Assembly (NCBI GenBank): GCA_041659685.1
Contig: JBAZXV010000003.1
Location: 2,040-66,039, forward strand
DNA length: 64,000 nt
From: Parcubacteria group bacterium
GTDB taxonomy: Bacteria > Patescibacteriota > Minisyncoccia > Moranbacterales > UBA11712
Direction of reading: 5' to 3'
Positions within the stretch are counted from its first letter, which is position 1, and each line of letters opens with the position of its first letter. Shown in pieces: positions 10,417-20,671 of the stretch. The notes under the pieces were generated by a model. It was not told where the DNA came from, did not search any database, and was given only the letters and a program-made list of their open reading frames with translations. The position numbers were made by a program, and so were the translations under genes.

Positions 10417-10596
10417 AAAATTAAATAAAATAGAACTTCTATAGAGTCTCCCAAGTTTCAATTTGAGCGAAGCACGAGTGAAAAGCAGTTTTTTTGACTA
10501 TTTAGATCTTCTGTGGTAGCCTTTTTCGCTAAAAGTAGGTTACTGCATTAAGCGTATAAATTATTAAGATAGTATCAATTGTGATATAATAAAACT

Positions 10597-11205
10597 ATGT
10601 TTGATGACAGAAAAGCGACACAATTACTGAATTATCTTGCACAAAAAGAAGGTGGCAAGATTAACTTCTTAAAGTCGATGAAACTTGTTTATCTCATTGA
10701 TAAGTTTCATTTGAGAAAATACGGCAAAACAATTACAGGCGACCTTTATTATGCAATGAGTAAGGGTCCAGTTGCTTCAAATACTAAAGATATTTGCAAG
10801 TATATACTTCGAGATGATATGGACTATGGAAAAAATGACTATTATGACAAATACATAAAAAAAGGTCGAGTAAAGTTTACTCTTCAATCTATTCAACAGC
10901 CCGACCTTGAGTATTTCTCCGAAGTAGAGATTGAATCTATAGATGCGGTATATGAACAATTCAAGGGTTTCAGCGGTTTTAAATTAGTTGACATTACTCA
11001 CGACACATTTGAATGGAAATGCAAAAGTGAATTTTTAAAAAAAGGAGCCTTGAGAGAGCAAATGAGGTTAAGTGATTTTTTAATCGATCAAAGATATTCT
11101 GAAAGAAGCCCCTTAAGAATATTCAATACAACAAAAACTGATTTAGAAAGGGTTTCAAAAACTTATGATCTAATTAGAAATACTCGGCTGTCTTGTGAAT
11201 GTTGA
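10597..11205 (+). CDS. Panacea (DUF4065/SocA) antitoxin
   Basis: KSMKLVYLID..H.RKYG..ITGD.YYAM.KGPV and LVDITH..EW motifs. Confidence 0.85.
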   Translation: MFDDRKATQLLNYLAQKEGGKINFLKSMKLVYLIDKFHLRKYGKTITGDLYYAMSKGPVASNTKDICKYILRDDMDYGKNDYYDKYIKKGRVKFTLQSIQQPDLEYFSEVEIESIDAVYEQFKGFSGFKLVDITHDTFEWKCKSEFLKKGALREQMRLSDFLIDQRYSERSPLRIFNTTKTDLERVSKTYDLIRNTRLSCEC

Positions 11206-11214
11206 TTGAATACT

Positions 11215-11673
11215 ATGAAGCGCATCAAGCAGATTGAAGAAGAAATTACTAAGGGTGTTGGTGCAGTTTTCAGATTCATAAACCCAGAATATTCAACGAG
11301 CATTCACCACTTTAAAATTCTTATAGGTATTGATAAATCGAAAGCAAAAGATGTTTTGCTTTTTCTAACCTGCACCTCAAAAAGTATTGTGATGAGAAGC
11401 TATGTGTTGATAAGTAATGTATTAATTATAAATAAAGATGAATATTGCGAATTAAGTGAAGAAACCTCAATTTTATGTAATGATATTGAAACTGTAAATA
11501 TTGATGACCTAGTTGGAAAATATCTCTCAGATTGCGAATTTAAGGTTTGCGAACGAATTAGTGATGATTTGTTAATTCGCATTTACCAAGTTATAAAAGA
11601 TTCGAGAGAGGTTAGCAAAAAACATAAAAAAATTATAAGAAAAAATTTGAACCAGAAAGGGATCATTGATTGA
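11215..11673 (+). CDS. Putative toxin, PemK/MazF-like fold
   Basis: Directly follows the Panacea gene; pattern HFKILIG..LTCTS..SILCNDIETV..ISDDLL.RI resembles PemK. Confidence 0.5.
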   Translation: MKRIKQIEEEITKGVGAVFRFINPEYSTSIHHFKILIGIDKSKAKDVLLFLTCTSKSIVMRSYVLISNVLIINKDEYCELSEETSILCNDIETVNIDDLVGKYLSDCEFKVCERISDDLLIRIYQVIKDSREVSKKHKKIIRKNLNQKGIID

Positions 11674-11801
11674 CGTTGCACAATTAATTCGAAACTATTA
11701 ACGGCCCGTAAGGCCTGTTTTTCTTTTTTTATGACTCTGTTAAAATGAAATAGAAGCTTCTATAGAGGCCTCTAAAAGTTTCAAATTATAGATTTTTAAA
11801 T

Positions 11802-12410
11802 ATGAAAAATAAATTTCAGATCTGTGTTTGCGGATGGTATTATTATCCAGAGTTTTATAAAGCCCTGCTTAGAGTCAAAGATAAATTCAGCATTATTGTA
11901 ATTGGAAATAAAGAAGGAGAAGTTTTTAATTTGCCTTTTGTCTTGAGAAACAATATCGGTTTGGATTGGGGTGCTTATTCTTTTTTTCTTGATAATAAAT
12001 GGGACGGCAAATCAAATGTTTTGTTTATGCAGGACGATTCAACAGTTTCTGATGGTTTTTTTGAGGAAATGTCCAAAATTTCTTTCGACCAAGCCTTTAT
12101 ATTTCGCAACCAAAAAGAGTTTGAAGAAAATTATAGCCACGGGAGAGCTTTTTTCGCTTCCGGAAAATTTCTTAAAAACTTGAATGAAGATGGCGGGATT
12201 TTGTTTGATGAAGGCAACAATGGTTTCATCGCCAAAGGGACTTCTTGGTCAGAAAAGCCGCCCAAGGGTTGCCAAGACCATAATGCGGGAATAAGAGACT
12301 TTACTTCAAAAGTTAAACGAATCGGTGAAAATAATCCTGAACTATCGGTAAATAAACAAGTTTATTCTGAAAAAGTGCGCTTGGGAAGAAGAGGAGTAAT
12401 CAGTAGATAA
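11802..12410 (+). CDS. Glycosyltransferase-like (GT-A) protein
   Basis: NIGLDWGAY and VLFMQDD motifs. Confidence 0.55.
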   Translation: MKNKFQICVCGWYYYPEFYKALLRVKDKFSIIVIGNKEGEVFNLPFVLRNNIGLDWGAYSFFLDNKWDGKSNVLFMQDDSTVSDGFFEEMSKISFDQAFIFRNQKEFEENYSHGRAFFASGKFLKNLNEDGGILFDEGNNGFIAKGTSWSEKPPKGCQDHNAGIRDFTSKVKRIGENNPELSVNKQVYSEKVRLGRRGVISR

Positions 12411-12446
12411 TTGATTTGGATAGTGATAAAATAAAAGAAGAAATTT

Positions 12447-13463
12447 ATGGAGAAAAATAATTTTAGCCAAGGCGAGATAGTCATCTATAAAACCCCTCAA
12501 AAAGAGGTGGAATTGAAAGTGCGTTTTGAAAAAGAAAATATCTGGTTGAATCAAAATCAAATCGCCCTACTTTTTGGCACGCAGAGGCCGGCAATCACCA
12601 AACATCTAAAGAATATTTTTGAAAGCGGAGAGCTTAAGGAAAAAGTGGTTAGTTCCATTTTGGAACTAACCACCGAGCATGGGGCCATCAAAGGAAAAAC
12701 GCAAACAAACAAGGTGAAATTTTATAATTTGGACGCTGTCATTTCTGTTGGCTATAGAGTAAATTCCCAAAGAGCCACGCAGTTTCGAATATGGGCGACC
12801 AAAATTTTGAAGCAATATTTGGTCAAGGGCTATGCCATCCATGAAAAACGCCTTTTGGAGACCCAAAGCAAATTTCATGAACTGCAAGAGTCGATTTTGT
12901 TTTTGCAAAAACAGTCAAAAAAGAAATTGCTGAAAGGCCAGGAAACGGAAATTTTGAATTTGCTTTCTGATTATTCCAAGACCCTCACTTTGCTGGAAAA
13001 ATACGACAAAGAAAAACTGGGCAGCCCCAAAGGAGCAAAAACAAAATTTGTTTTGAGATATGCCGATTGCGCGGGAATCATCGCCAAGCTCAAAAAAGAG
13101 CTGATTGCCAAAAAAGAGGCCGGCGATCTGTTCGGGCAGGCAAGAGGCGGAAGTTTTGAGGGGATTATCAAAGGACTTTATCAAACATTCGGCAAAAAAG
13201 AACTTTATCCATTGATCGAGGACAAAGCTTCTCATTTGCTCTATCTCATAATCAAAGATCACCCATTCTCCGACGGCAACAAGCGCTCGGCGGCGTTTTT
13301 GTTCGTCTATTTTTTGGATAAGGCAGACTATCTTTTCAAAAAGTCCGGCGAACGGAAAATCAATGACAACGCGCTCACCGCTTTGGCGCTTCTCATTGCT
13401 GAAAGCAATCCGAAAGACAAGGATGTTTTGATAAAAATCATAACCAACTTATTGGGTGATTGA
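12447..13463 (+). CDS. RhuM domain / Fic-DOC fusion protein
   Basis: IWLNQNQIALLF, YNLDAVISVGYRVNS.RATQFR.WA (RhuM); HPFSDGNKR (Fic). Confidence 0.92.
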   Translation: MEKNNFSQGEIVIYKTPQKEVELKVRFEKENIWLNQNQIALLFGTQRPAITKHLKNIFESGELKEKVVSSILELTTEHGAIKGKTQTNKVKFYNLDAVISVGYRVNSQRATQFRIWATKILKQYLVKGYAIHEKRLLETQSKFHELQESILFLQKQSKKKLLKGQETEILNLLSDYSKTLTLLEKYDKEKLGSPKGAKTKFVLRYADCAGIIAKLKKELIAKKEAGDLFGQARGGSFEGIIKGLYQTFGKKELYPLIEDKASHLLYLIIKDHPFSDGNKRSAAFLFVYFLDKADYLFKKSGERKINDNALTALALLIAESNPKDKDVLIKIITNLLGD

Positions 13464-13591
13464 TTTTCTTTGCAAAAAATAATCAAGGTAGAAGCTTCTA
13501 TAGAGGCCTCTAGGAAAATAAGATATGAGAAATAAGAAATAACCCCAGTTGAATGATGCGACAGAGTCGCAATTCAACGGAGTAAAAAAAT

Positions 13592-13762
13592 ATGGCTGAG
13601 AAAAAAGGTATAATCAAGCTTAAGAAAGCGAGTGCGTATAGTTTTTCCGTGACCATCCCGAAAGAAATCATCGAGAAATATAAATGGAGGGAAAAACAAA
13701 AGCTGGTCGTCACCGACAAAGGCCGCGGGAAGATAGAGATCAGCGATTGGCGGAGGAAGTGA
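13592..13762 (+). CDS. Small AbrB/MazE/SpoVT-like DNA-binding protein, copy 1 (56 aa)
   Basis: Manual translation MAEKKGIIKLKKASAYSFSVTIPKEIIEKYKWREKQKLVVTDKGRGKIEISDWRRK; S..VTIPK motif; below ORF-track cutoff. Confidence 0.8.
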   Translation: MAEKKGIIKLKKASAYSFSVTIPKEIIEKYKWREKQKLVVTDKGRGKIEISDWRRK

Positions 13763-13820
13763 TCTTGGATAGAAAAACACTTTATTGCAAAAACACCGAA
13801 ATATAATATAATGCTTATAT

Positions 13821-14414
13821 ATGCCAGACACAGACCCATTACAAGATCAGGAAGGATTGTTGAGCATTGAGACTCCGCTAGTGTTCGCAGATGGAACGAC
13901 TTTTTTCAAAAACCTTGCCAAGGACTACATTGTCCATGAAAGAGGTTTTTTTATTTTGGGCCCGTCTGGTGTCGGCAAAAGCCATTATTACCGCAACCAG
14001 AAAGAGGGCGAAAAGCATTGGATCGATGCAGACCGGGTATGGCGCTGGTCCAAAGCGATGCCAAAAGGAGCTTGGTGGGAAAAAGGATTGGAAGTGTCTC
14101 AAGACGTTGAGTCTAAATGCGATATTATTACTGAAGAGGCGAAAAAAAAGGGCTTTTGGCTGATCGGCTCGGCCAATAATTGGCTGGTTCCGGATGCCAT
14201 CGTAATTCCGCATTGGCGCACTCATGTCAAATTCATAAAAAAAAGAGAACTCAATTTTGACGGAGGAGCGCGGTCAACTCCCAAAGATCTGGCCCAGGTA
14301 AAGAGTCACCGAAAATTAATCTCGCTTTGGGCAAAAAAAGGAGTGCCTAAGTTCAATTCCGTTGAGGAAGCGATAATGCACTTGGAAAATATTTATCATA
14401 AAAAATATAAATAA
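13821..14414 (+). CDS. Hypothetical P-loop protein
   Basis: GPSGVGKS followed by IDAD. Confidence 0.65.
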   Translation: MPDTDPLQDQEGLLSIETPLVFADGTTFFKNLAKDYIVHERGFFILGPSGVGKSHYYRNQKEGEKHWIDADRVWRWSKAMPKGAWWEKGLEVSQDVESKCDIITEEAKKKGFWLIGSANNWLVPDAIVIPHWRTHVKFIKKRELNFDGGARSTPKDLAQVKSHRKLISLWAKKGVPKFNSVEEAIMHLENIYHKKYK

Positions 14415-14418
14415 ACTT

Positions 14419-15000
14419 ATGTCAATGCCATCATTGAAAGACAAAAATAAAACAATTTTCTATTTTGGATTTGGCTCCAATAAAGATTTAGCGATGATGC
14501 AGCATATGATTGGCAAGAAAAAGATCAAAGGAATCCGCGGAGTTTTGATCGGCTACGAAATTTGTATCCAGCGGGCAGACCAGTTCAGAACAGATATTCC
14601 GCCAACAACCCCTTATCCGGCTTCTCCAAAGGATTTAATTTTGGAAACCTGGGGACCAAAGTTCGAAATGTATGTTTCTCGTCCAAATCCGACGGGTCTC
14701 GCCTATGGCATGATTTGGGAGCTGACTCCGGAAGACTTGGAACTGGTCAGGGAATGGGAGCTGGTTGATTATGGGGCGCAAGAAGACGCCTGGGGCATTG
14801 CCCTTGATTCCAAAGGCAAAATGTATGAAGTGATTACACAAAGTTTTATGAAACCGCCAATTGATATTGACCGGGTTGTTAAGGGGAAAAAATACCCTGC
14901 ATATATTGCGTCAAAAAAAGCCATGCTCAAACGAGCTGACGAGTTGCGGGAGCAATACTTGAAGCAAAATAAATACAAGAAACCTGTTAAATTTGATTAG
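14419..15000 (+). CDS. Gamma-glutamylcyclotransferase-like protein
   Basis: YFGFGSN, YGMIWEL..EDLE.V..WE motifs. Confidence 0.6.
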   Translation: MSMPSLKDKNKTIFYFGFGSNKDLAMMQHMIGKKKIKGIRGVLIGYEICIQRADQFRTDIPPTTPYPASPKDLILETWGPKFEMYVSRPNPTGLAYGMIWELTPEDLELVREWELVDYGAQEDAWGIALDSKGKMYEVITQSFMKPPIDIDRVVKGKKYPAYIASKKAMLKRADELREQYLKQNKYKKPVKFD

Positions 15001-15938
15001 ACGAGAGACTCTAATTTTACGGCGAAGGTTCTTGCGCCTACCGAAGTCTCGGCGGTTTTATCAGATGATCTTTTAATAACCAGTCCCCCGCCCTTTTCCA
15101 TCGGTACGAATCCTTTTGCCGGATCGATGCCTGCCAAATGGCTTTTTACCCAGGGACTCAAGTTGTCATAATGCCCGATAGCAAAAATAACGACTCTTTT
15201 TTGAGGGTTGCCCTCTTGGTGCAAATCAACAATTGTGGTGGCAATGCTGACGAAGTGATCAACCCTATCCGAAATATCGGTTGGGCCTTCAGCGCGAAGT
15301 TCCGTGCGCCTTACCTGTTCGGCGTCTTCTTCAAAAGCCTTCCAAAAATCCCTTCCGGCGCCATATCTTTTAACAAGGAAGTTATGAAATTCTTTTTCGC
15401 CCTCGGATCCTAACGGGTGCATGAGCCGGAGGTCGTTCAAGATATTGGTAGCTATCGGCCTGCCGTGCTGTGTCGTCAAGACTTCTTCTGGATCAATATC
15501 ATGCTTCGTCATTGATTTTAGTATGCCGGCTATCGCTCGGTCGCCTGTTTCCATCGCCCTTTGATGGGCACTGCGCAGACCGTTCGGCCCGGGCGTAACC
15601 AAATGTGTTTCGCCGGCAATGACCACCACATCCAAATCGCTGCGCTCCTCCGCGGGGAGAGTGTTGTAAATCTGATCCATGAACGATTCGATGCGTGCTT
15701 CAAATTCCGCGGCTTGTTCCGGATACAAAGCGCCGATTTCCCCGTCCTTGGGGTCTCGTATGTCTTTGACATTCACTATTAGGTTGATAAGAGCAGCGCC
15801 TTTTTCAAATTCCTGAGGAGGCTTCAGATCTTCCTTTTTTACTATGATTCTCTCGGCTTCCGGTATTGCCTCGGCGCTTTCTGAAACGGAAAAACCTTCA
15901 GCTCCATGTATGGGTATTTTTTTAGGTTCTTCGATCAT
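14997..15938 (-). CDS. Hypothetical protein, degenerate histidine-phosphatase-like fold
   Basis: RAMET, AEGP..IS.RV, VIFAIGH elements; canonical RHG is absent. Confidence 0.5.
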   Translation of the reverse strand: MIEEPKKIPIHGAEGFSVSESAEAIPEAERIIVKKEDLKPPQEFEKGAALINLIVNVKDIRDPKDGEIGALYPEQAAEFEARIESFMDQIYNTLPAEERSDLDVVVIAGETHLVTPGPNGLRSAHQRAMETGDRAIAGILKSMTKHDIDPEEVLTTQHGRPIATNILNDLRLMHPLGSEGEKEFHNFLVKRYGAGRDFWKAFEEDAEQVRRTELRAEGPTDISDRVDHFVSIATTIVDLHQEGNPQKRVVIFAIGHYDNLSPWVKSHLAGIDPAKGFVPMEKGGGLVIKRSSDKTAETSVGARTFAVKLESLV

Positions 15939-16152
15939 ATTTGATTCAGTTATGGTATAACAACTTATACGGAAAGACTGCGATTGATCGGCTCATGTCT
16001 GTTATTTTAGCACAACCGCGTCGCAATACAATTATACATAAGACTAATAATATTATAAAATACGGACAATACTGTTAAACTTCGTTAAGGCTCGATCTTT
16101 GCAAAGTTTAACAGTTATGAGACTGGTTGAAATGGAGGCTTCTATCGCCTGC

Positions 16153-16200
16153 GGCAGAGGCCGCGGCGTGGTTGAAATCTGCGATTGGAGGAAAAGATAA
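16153..16200 (+). pseudogene. 3' fragment of the AbrB-like gene
   Basis: GRGRGVVEICDWRKR* matches the C-terminus of the intact copies; lies immediately behind a half site A. Confidence 0.75.
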
Positions 16201-16342
16201 TTAACGATTCCATCTCTTGCCAGCCTCTGCGGGCTGGTTTTTTTGTATCCGATGCGGGAGATGATTATATGTTTCAGCCAAAGAAATAATTCCCATAGCC
16301 GGTTTGTATATATATTGTAGAAATAATACGTAAATAAAAACT

Positions 16343-16717
16343 ATGGCTAAGTACGTCGACGGGTTCGTACTTCCCGTTCCGAAGAAAAATATCGCAAGCT
16401 ATCGCAAAATGGCCCAAATAGGAGCCAGGGTTTGGAAAAAATATGGAGCGATCGAGTATATCGAGGCGGTCGGCGAAGATCTTAATCCCAAGTCGATGGG
16501 GATGAAATTCCTCACCTTTGCGAAAATAGCCAAGGCAAAGCCGGGAGAAACAGTGGTTTTTTCGTTTATTGTCTTCAAATCGCGCAAGCATCGCGATCAG
16601 GTGAATGCCAAGGTCATGAAAGCGATGATGAGCGACCCGAAAAGTAAAGACATGCAGATGCCGTTCGATATGAAACGCATGGCCTACGGCGGATTCGAGG
16701 TGATCGCCCAAAGCTAG
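16343..16717 (+). CDS. DUF1428 (YbaA-like) protein
   Basis: YVDGFVLPVP, ETVVFS, MPFDMKRMAYGGF. Confidence 0.9.
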   Translation: MAKYVDGFVLPVPKKNIASYRKMAQIGARVWKKYGAIEYIEAVGEDLNPKSMGMKFLTFAKIAKAKPGETVVFSFIVFKSRKHRDQVNAKVMKAMMSDPKSKDMQMPFDMKRMAYGGFEVIAQS

Positions 16718-16783
16718 TTGAAACATCAAAGTTGAGGTTTTGAAATTATATTTCTAATTTTTAAATGACGGATATTCAACCAT

Positions 16784-17275
16784 ATGCAAAAAATAACACC
16801 AAATTTGTGGTTCGACTCGCAAGCTGAAGAAGCTGCGAACTTCTACGTTTCCGTTTTCAATGATTCAAAGATCAAAAAAATTTCTCGCTACCCCAAAGCG
16901 TCCGAGTCCGTTTCGGGGAAAACCGCTGGCAGCGTCATGACAGTGGCATTCGAAATCGAAGGACAGGATTTTTTGGCCTTGAACGGCGGGCCCCAATTCA
17001 AATTCAGTGAAGCTGTTTCTTTCATTGTGAACTGCGAGGATCAGGAGGAAGTTGATTACTATTGGGAGAAACTCACCGAAGGAGGAGATGAAAAAGATCA
17101 AATTTGCGGGTGGCTGAAGGACAAATTCGGCCTGAGCTGGCAGATCGTGCCCAAAAGACTCGAAGAATTGATGAGCGATTCCGATCCCGAAAAAGTTGAA
17201 AGGGTCACGGCGGTCTTTCTCGAGATGAAGAAGATTGTTGTCGCGGATCTCGAAAAAGCCTTCAGAGGAAAATAG
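16784..17275 (+). CDS. VOC/PhnB (3-dmu-9_3-mt) family protein
   Basis: ITPNLWFD.QAEEA, LNGGP.F, CGWLKDKFGLSWQ. Confidence 0.92.
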   Translation: MQKITPNLWFDSQAEEAANFYVSVFNDSKIKKISRYPKASESVSGKTAGSVMTVAFEIEGQDFLALNGGPQFKFSEAVSFIVNCEDQEEVDYYWEKLTEGGDEKDQICGWLKDKFGLSWQIVPKRLEELMSDSDPEKVERVTAVFLEMKKIVVADLEKAFRGK

Positions 17276-17484
17276 CCTTCGGACACGACTTCGATTTGAT
17301 TTTCAAGTAGGAAACAGACTGATTGCCTGTTTTTCTTTTTTTGCGGCTCTGTTAAAATGAAATAGAAGCTTCTATAGAGCCCTCTATGATTCGACTTTAG
17401 CGAAGCGTTAAGGCTTTTTTCTTGAAAAAAAGCGGTTTTCGGGATAGGATGAAGATATAATCCAGGGTTGTTCAAACAAATTTT

Positions 17485-18333
17485 ATGGGAAAAAACAAAA
17501 AACAAATCGCCATTTTTGAAGGCAAAAAAATCCGCCGCCATTGGGACGGGAAAAAAGAAAAATGGTATTTTTCGGTCGTGGATATCGTTGCCGTGTTGAC
17601 AGACAGCGAAAATCCGCAGGTTTACTGGCGTGTGCTGAAAAAACGCCTGCTTGACGAGGGTTCAACTGAAACCGTTACAAAATGTAACGGTTTGAAAATG
17701 CGAGCTTCCGACGGAAAAATGAGAATAACCGATGTCGCAGACGTCGAAACACTGCTGCGGCTCGTTCAATCTGTACCGAGTCCAAAAGCCGAACCGATCA
17801 AACTCTGGCTCGCGCGGGTCGGCTATGAAAGAATGCAAGAAACGATTGATCCGGAAAAATCCATAAACAGGGCTAGGATGAACTGGCAAAGGCTCGGCCG
17901 GAGCCAAAAGTGGATCCAGCAGAGAATGATGGGCCAGGAAACCCGAAACAAGCTCACCGATTATTGGAAAGATCACGAAATCAGCCAACAAGAGGAATAT
18001 GCGATTCTGACGAATATTATTCACGAAGAATGGAGCGACCTGTCGGTGCAAGGGCACAAAAAACTGAAAGGGATCAAGGCTGAAAACCTGCGCGACCATA
18101 TGACGGAAGCAGAACTAATTTTCACGGCGCTGGCCGAACTTTCAACCCGCCAAATCGCCGAAACGGATCAGGCAACCGGATTCGAGGAAAACAAATCTCC
18201 GGCGAGAAGCGGCGGACGGATCGCCAAGCGCGCCCGGCTGGATCTGGAAAGAAAAACCGGAAAAAAGATTGTGACCAAAGAAAATTTCAAATTGCCAGGC
18301 GGAAAAACCAAACAAATTCGCAACAGGAAATAA
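17485..18333 (+). CDS. BRO-N domain (phage antirepressor-like) protein
   Basis: IRRHWD...WYFSVVD, YWRVLKKRL, SVPSPKAEP.K.WLA, NLRDHMT. Confidence 0.9.
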   Translation: MGKNKKQIAIFEGKKIRRHWDGKKEKWYFSVVDIVAVLTDSENPQVYWRVLKKRLLDEGSTETVTKCNGLKMRASDGKMRITDVADVETLLRLVQSVPSPKAEPIKLWLARVGYERMQETIDPEKSINRARMNWQRLGRSQKWIQQRMMGQETRNKLTDYWKDHEISQQEEYAILTNIIHEEWSDLSVQGHKKLKGIKAENLRDHMTEAELIFTALAELSTRQIAETDQATGFEENKSPARSGGRIAKRARLDLERKTGKKIVTKENFKLPGGKTKQIRNRK

Positions 18334-18395
18334 AATAGAAGCTTCTATAGAGGCCTCTGAAGAAATAAAATATAAAAAATAAAATGTAAAAAGTT

Positions 18396-18575
18396 ATGAC
18401 TGAGAAAAAAGGCGTCCACAAGCTTAAGAAATCGAGCGCGTATAGTTTCTCCGTGACCATCCCCAAAGAAATCGTCGAAAAATACGGCTGGAAAGAGAAG
18501 CAAAAGCTGGCAGTCATCGACAAAGGCCGCGGCGTCGTCGAGATCCGCGACTGGCGGAAGAGGCAATTCAAATAG
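18396..18575 (+). CDS. Small AbrB/MazE/SpoVT-like protein, copy 2 (59 aa)
   Basis: MTEKKGVHKLKKSSAYSFSVTIPKEIVEKYGWKEKQKLAVIDKGRGVVEIRDWRKRQFK, a clear paralog of 13592. Confidence 0.8.
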   Translation: MTEKKGVHKLKKSSAYSFSVTIPKEIVEKYGWKEKQKLAVIDKGRGVVEIRDWRKRQFK

Positions 18576-18604
18576 CAAGGGCAAAATAAATCGTTTTTTA
18601 AATC

Positions 18605-19876
18605 ATGAAAGAGAAATTGAATAAACTCTACCGCGAGACTTTTTCTTCACTGGCAAATCGTAATTTCCGTTTGTATTTCATCGGACAAAGCATTTCAATG
18701 ACTGGCTATTTCATGCAAGGAATTGCTCTTGCCTGGCTTGTCCTCAAAATCACAAACTCGGGCACCGCTCTGGGATTCGCCGTATCTTTGCAATATGCGC
18801 CCATGCTCGTGCTGGGGCCTTGGGGTGGAATGATCGCGGATCGTTTTTCCAAGCGCGTCCTTCTTATTATAACCAAAGCGGTCTTCGGCATTCTGGCTTT
18901 TTTGCTGGGCATCCTTGTCCTCACGGGGACGATCCAAATTTGGATGATTTATCTTTTGAGTCTGGCCGTTGGAATTGTGGGTCTGATTGATAGCCCCGCC
19001 TATTATGCTTTCGTTTCCGAACTGGTCGAGGGACATGAAGTTAAGAATGCCGTCACGCTCAACGCTAGCATGATAAATTTGACCAGAGTTGCCGGACCGG
19101 CATTGGCCGGCATTCTGATCGCCACAGTCGGAATCGCTCCCTGCTTCCTTCTCAACGGCGCTTCTTATATTGTCATCATTGTTGCCCTTCTTCGCATTAA
19201 AAAGGATGAGCTTCAAAAAATTTCACCGCTCGTCAAATCAAAAGGAATGGTTTGGGAAGGTTTTCGCCATGTGATGTCAAAACCTGTCCTTGCCAGTACA
19301 GTTGTCATGATTGCGATAATCGGCACACTTACCTATGAATTTCCAGTGAGCTTGGCGCTGTTTGCCAAGACTACATTTCATGGCAGTGCTGGCGGCTACG
19401 CTGCCTTGACTGGAGCTCTCGGGCTGGGATCTGTTCTCGGGGGACTTTTTCACGCCAGACGAAAAATTAAAAGTTCAAGCACGCTGGCAATGGCCGCACT
19501 CATATTCGGTTGCTCTGTCATTTTTGCGTCTTTTATGCCAACTTTAGTTTTAGCGGCGGGTGTTATGACACTGGTCGGAGCGTGTTCCATTTGGTTTGCC
19601 ACCCTCGCCAACACGACTTTGCAGCTCAATAGCGATCCGCAGCTCCGTGGAAGGGTCATGGTGCTTTGGTCAATGTCTTATCTCGGCTCCACGGCTATCG
19701 GCGGTCCGCTGATCGGCTGGATCGGCGAACACACTGGTCCGCGGTGGAGTTTGGCCGTCGGAGGATTGGCAGCGATTGTCGCCGCGGCCTTGGGATTTAT
19801 TATTATACGCAATCAGAAACGCCTGCCTGCAGTAACCGAAGCAGAAACCACATCCAATCTCTATAAAACAAAATAG
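18605..19876 (+). CDS. MFS transporter (MFS_3/DHA3-like)
   Basis: 12-TM pattern, GMIADRFSKR, LRGRVM; stop codon is the TAG of site A. Confidence 0.92.
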   Translation: MKEKLNKLYRETFSSLANRNFRLYFIGQSISMTGYFMQGIALAWLVLKITNSGTALGFAVSLQYAPMLVLGPWGGMIADRFSKRVLLIITKAVFGILAFLLGILVLTGTIQIWMIYLLSLAVGIVGLIDSPAYYAFVSELVEGHEVKNAVTLNASMINLTRVAGPALAGILIATVGIAPCFLLNGASYIVIIVALLRIKKDELQKISPLVKSKGMVWEGFRHVMSKPVLASTVVMIAIIGTLTYEFPVSLALFAKTTFHGSAGGYAALTGALGLGSVLGGLFHARRKIKSSSTLAMAALIFGCSVIFASFMPTLVLAAGVMTLVGACSIWFATLANTTLQLNSDPQLRGRVMVLWSMSYLGSTAIGGPLIGWIGEHTGPRWSLAVGGLAAIVAAALGFIIIRNQKRLPAVTEAETTSNLYKTK

Positions 19877-19933
19877 AAGTTTCTATGGAGGCCTCCGGCC
19901 GATTCCAAAAGAGAGATTACTCAAATTAAAATA

Positions 19934-20623
19934 ATGCGAGAAATATTCAAAGGGATTGTAAAGAATTTTAAAAGAACCGGCGTGCTACAAGAGGATGTCG
20001 CAATATTTTTAAGAATGCATGATTGTGAAGACACCATAAAACATGTTAATACTGTTGCTGAGGAAGCAAAAATATTGGCATCCCGTTTTTTTGAAAGCCA
20101 GGAAGACGCCTTTTCTGCGGGACTGCTTCATGATGTCAGCGTTTTGTTTCCCGAAGAGGATCGATTGAAGATTGCGAATGAACTCAAAATCGATGTTTTG
20201 CCGGAGGAAAAAATTTATCCGGCCATTCTCCACCAAAAAATTTCTCAAGTTATGGCTCGAGAAATTTTTGGAATTACGGATGAAAATGTTTTGAACGCAA
20301 TCGGTTGTCACACCACTCTCAAGGAAAATGCATCGGTTTTGGATAAAATTGTTTTTATATCCGATAAAATAAGGTGGGACCAGAAATATGATGCGCCTTT
20401 CAAGAGCGATGTTTCAAAAGCTTTGGATATTTCATTGGATGAATCCTGTTTTTGTTATTTGAATTATCTGTGGAACAGAAAAGAAAGTCTTGCGGTTGTG
20501 CATCCATGGATGGCAGCTGCCTACAGACAGCTGGGTAATGATTTAAAAAAATTCGGATTTAGTTTGATATATAATGATGATGGCAAAATAGAAGCTTCTA
20601 TGGAGGCCTCTAATAAAAATTAA
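19934..20623 (+). CDS. HD-domain YqeK-like Ap4A hydrolase
   Basis: AGLLHD, LHQ, AIGCHTT, DKIVFISDKI; the C-terminus reads through site A. Confidence 0.85.
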   Translation: MREIFKGIVKNFKRTGVLQEDVAIFLRMHDCEDTIKHVNTVAEEAKILASRFFESQEDAFSAGLLHDVSVLFPEEDRLKIANELKIDVLPEEKIYPAILHQKISQVMAREIFGITDENVLNAIGCHTTLKENASVLDKIVFISDKIRWDQKYDAPFKSDVSKALDISLDESCFCYLNYLWNRKESLAVVHPWMAAAYRQLGNDLKKFGFSLIYNDDGKIEASMEASNKN

Positions 20624-20671
20624 CTCCTGTTGAATAATGCGAGCCGCGATTCAACGGGGAAAGTAAAAAAT

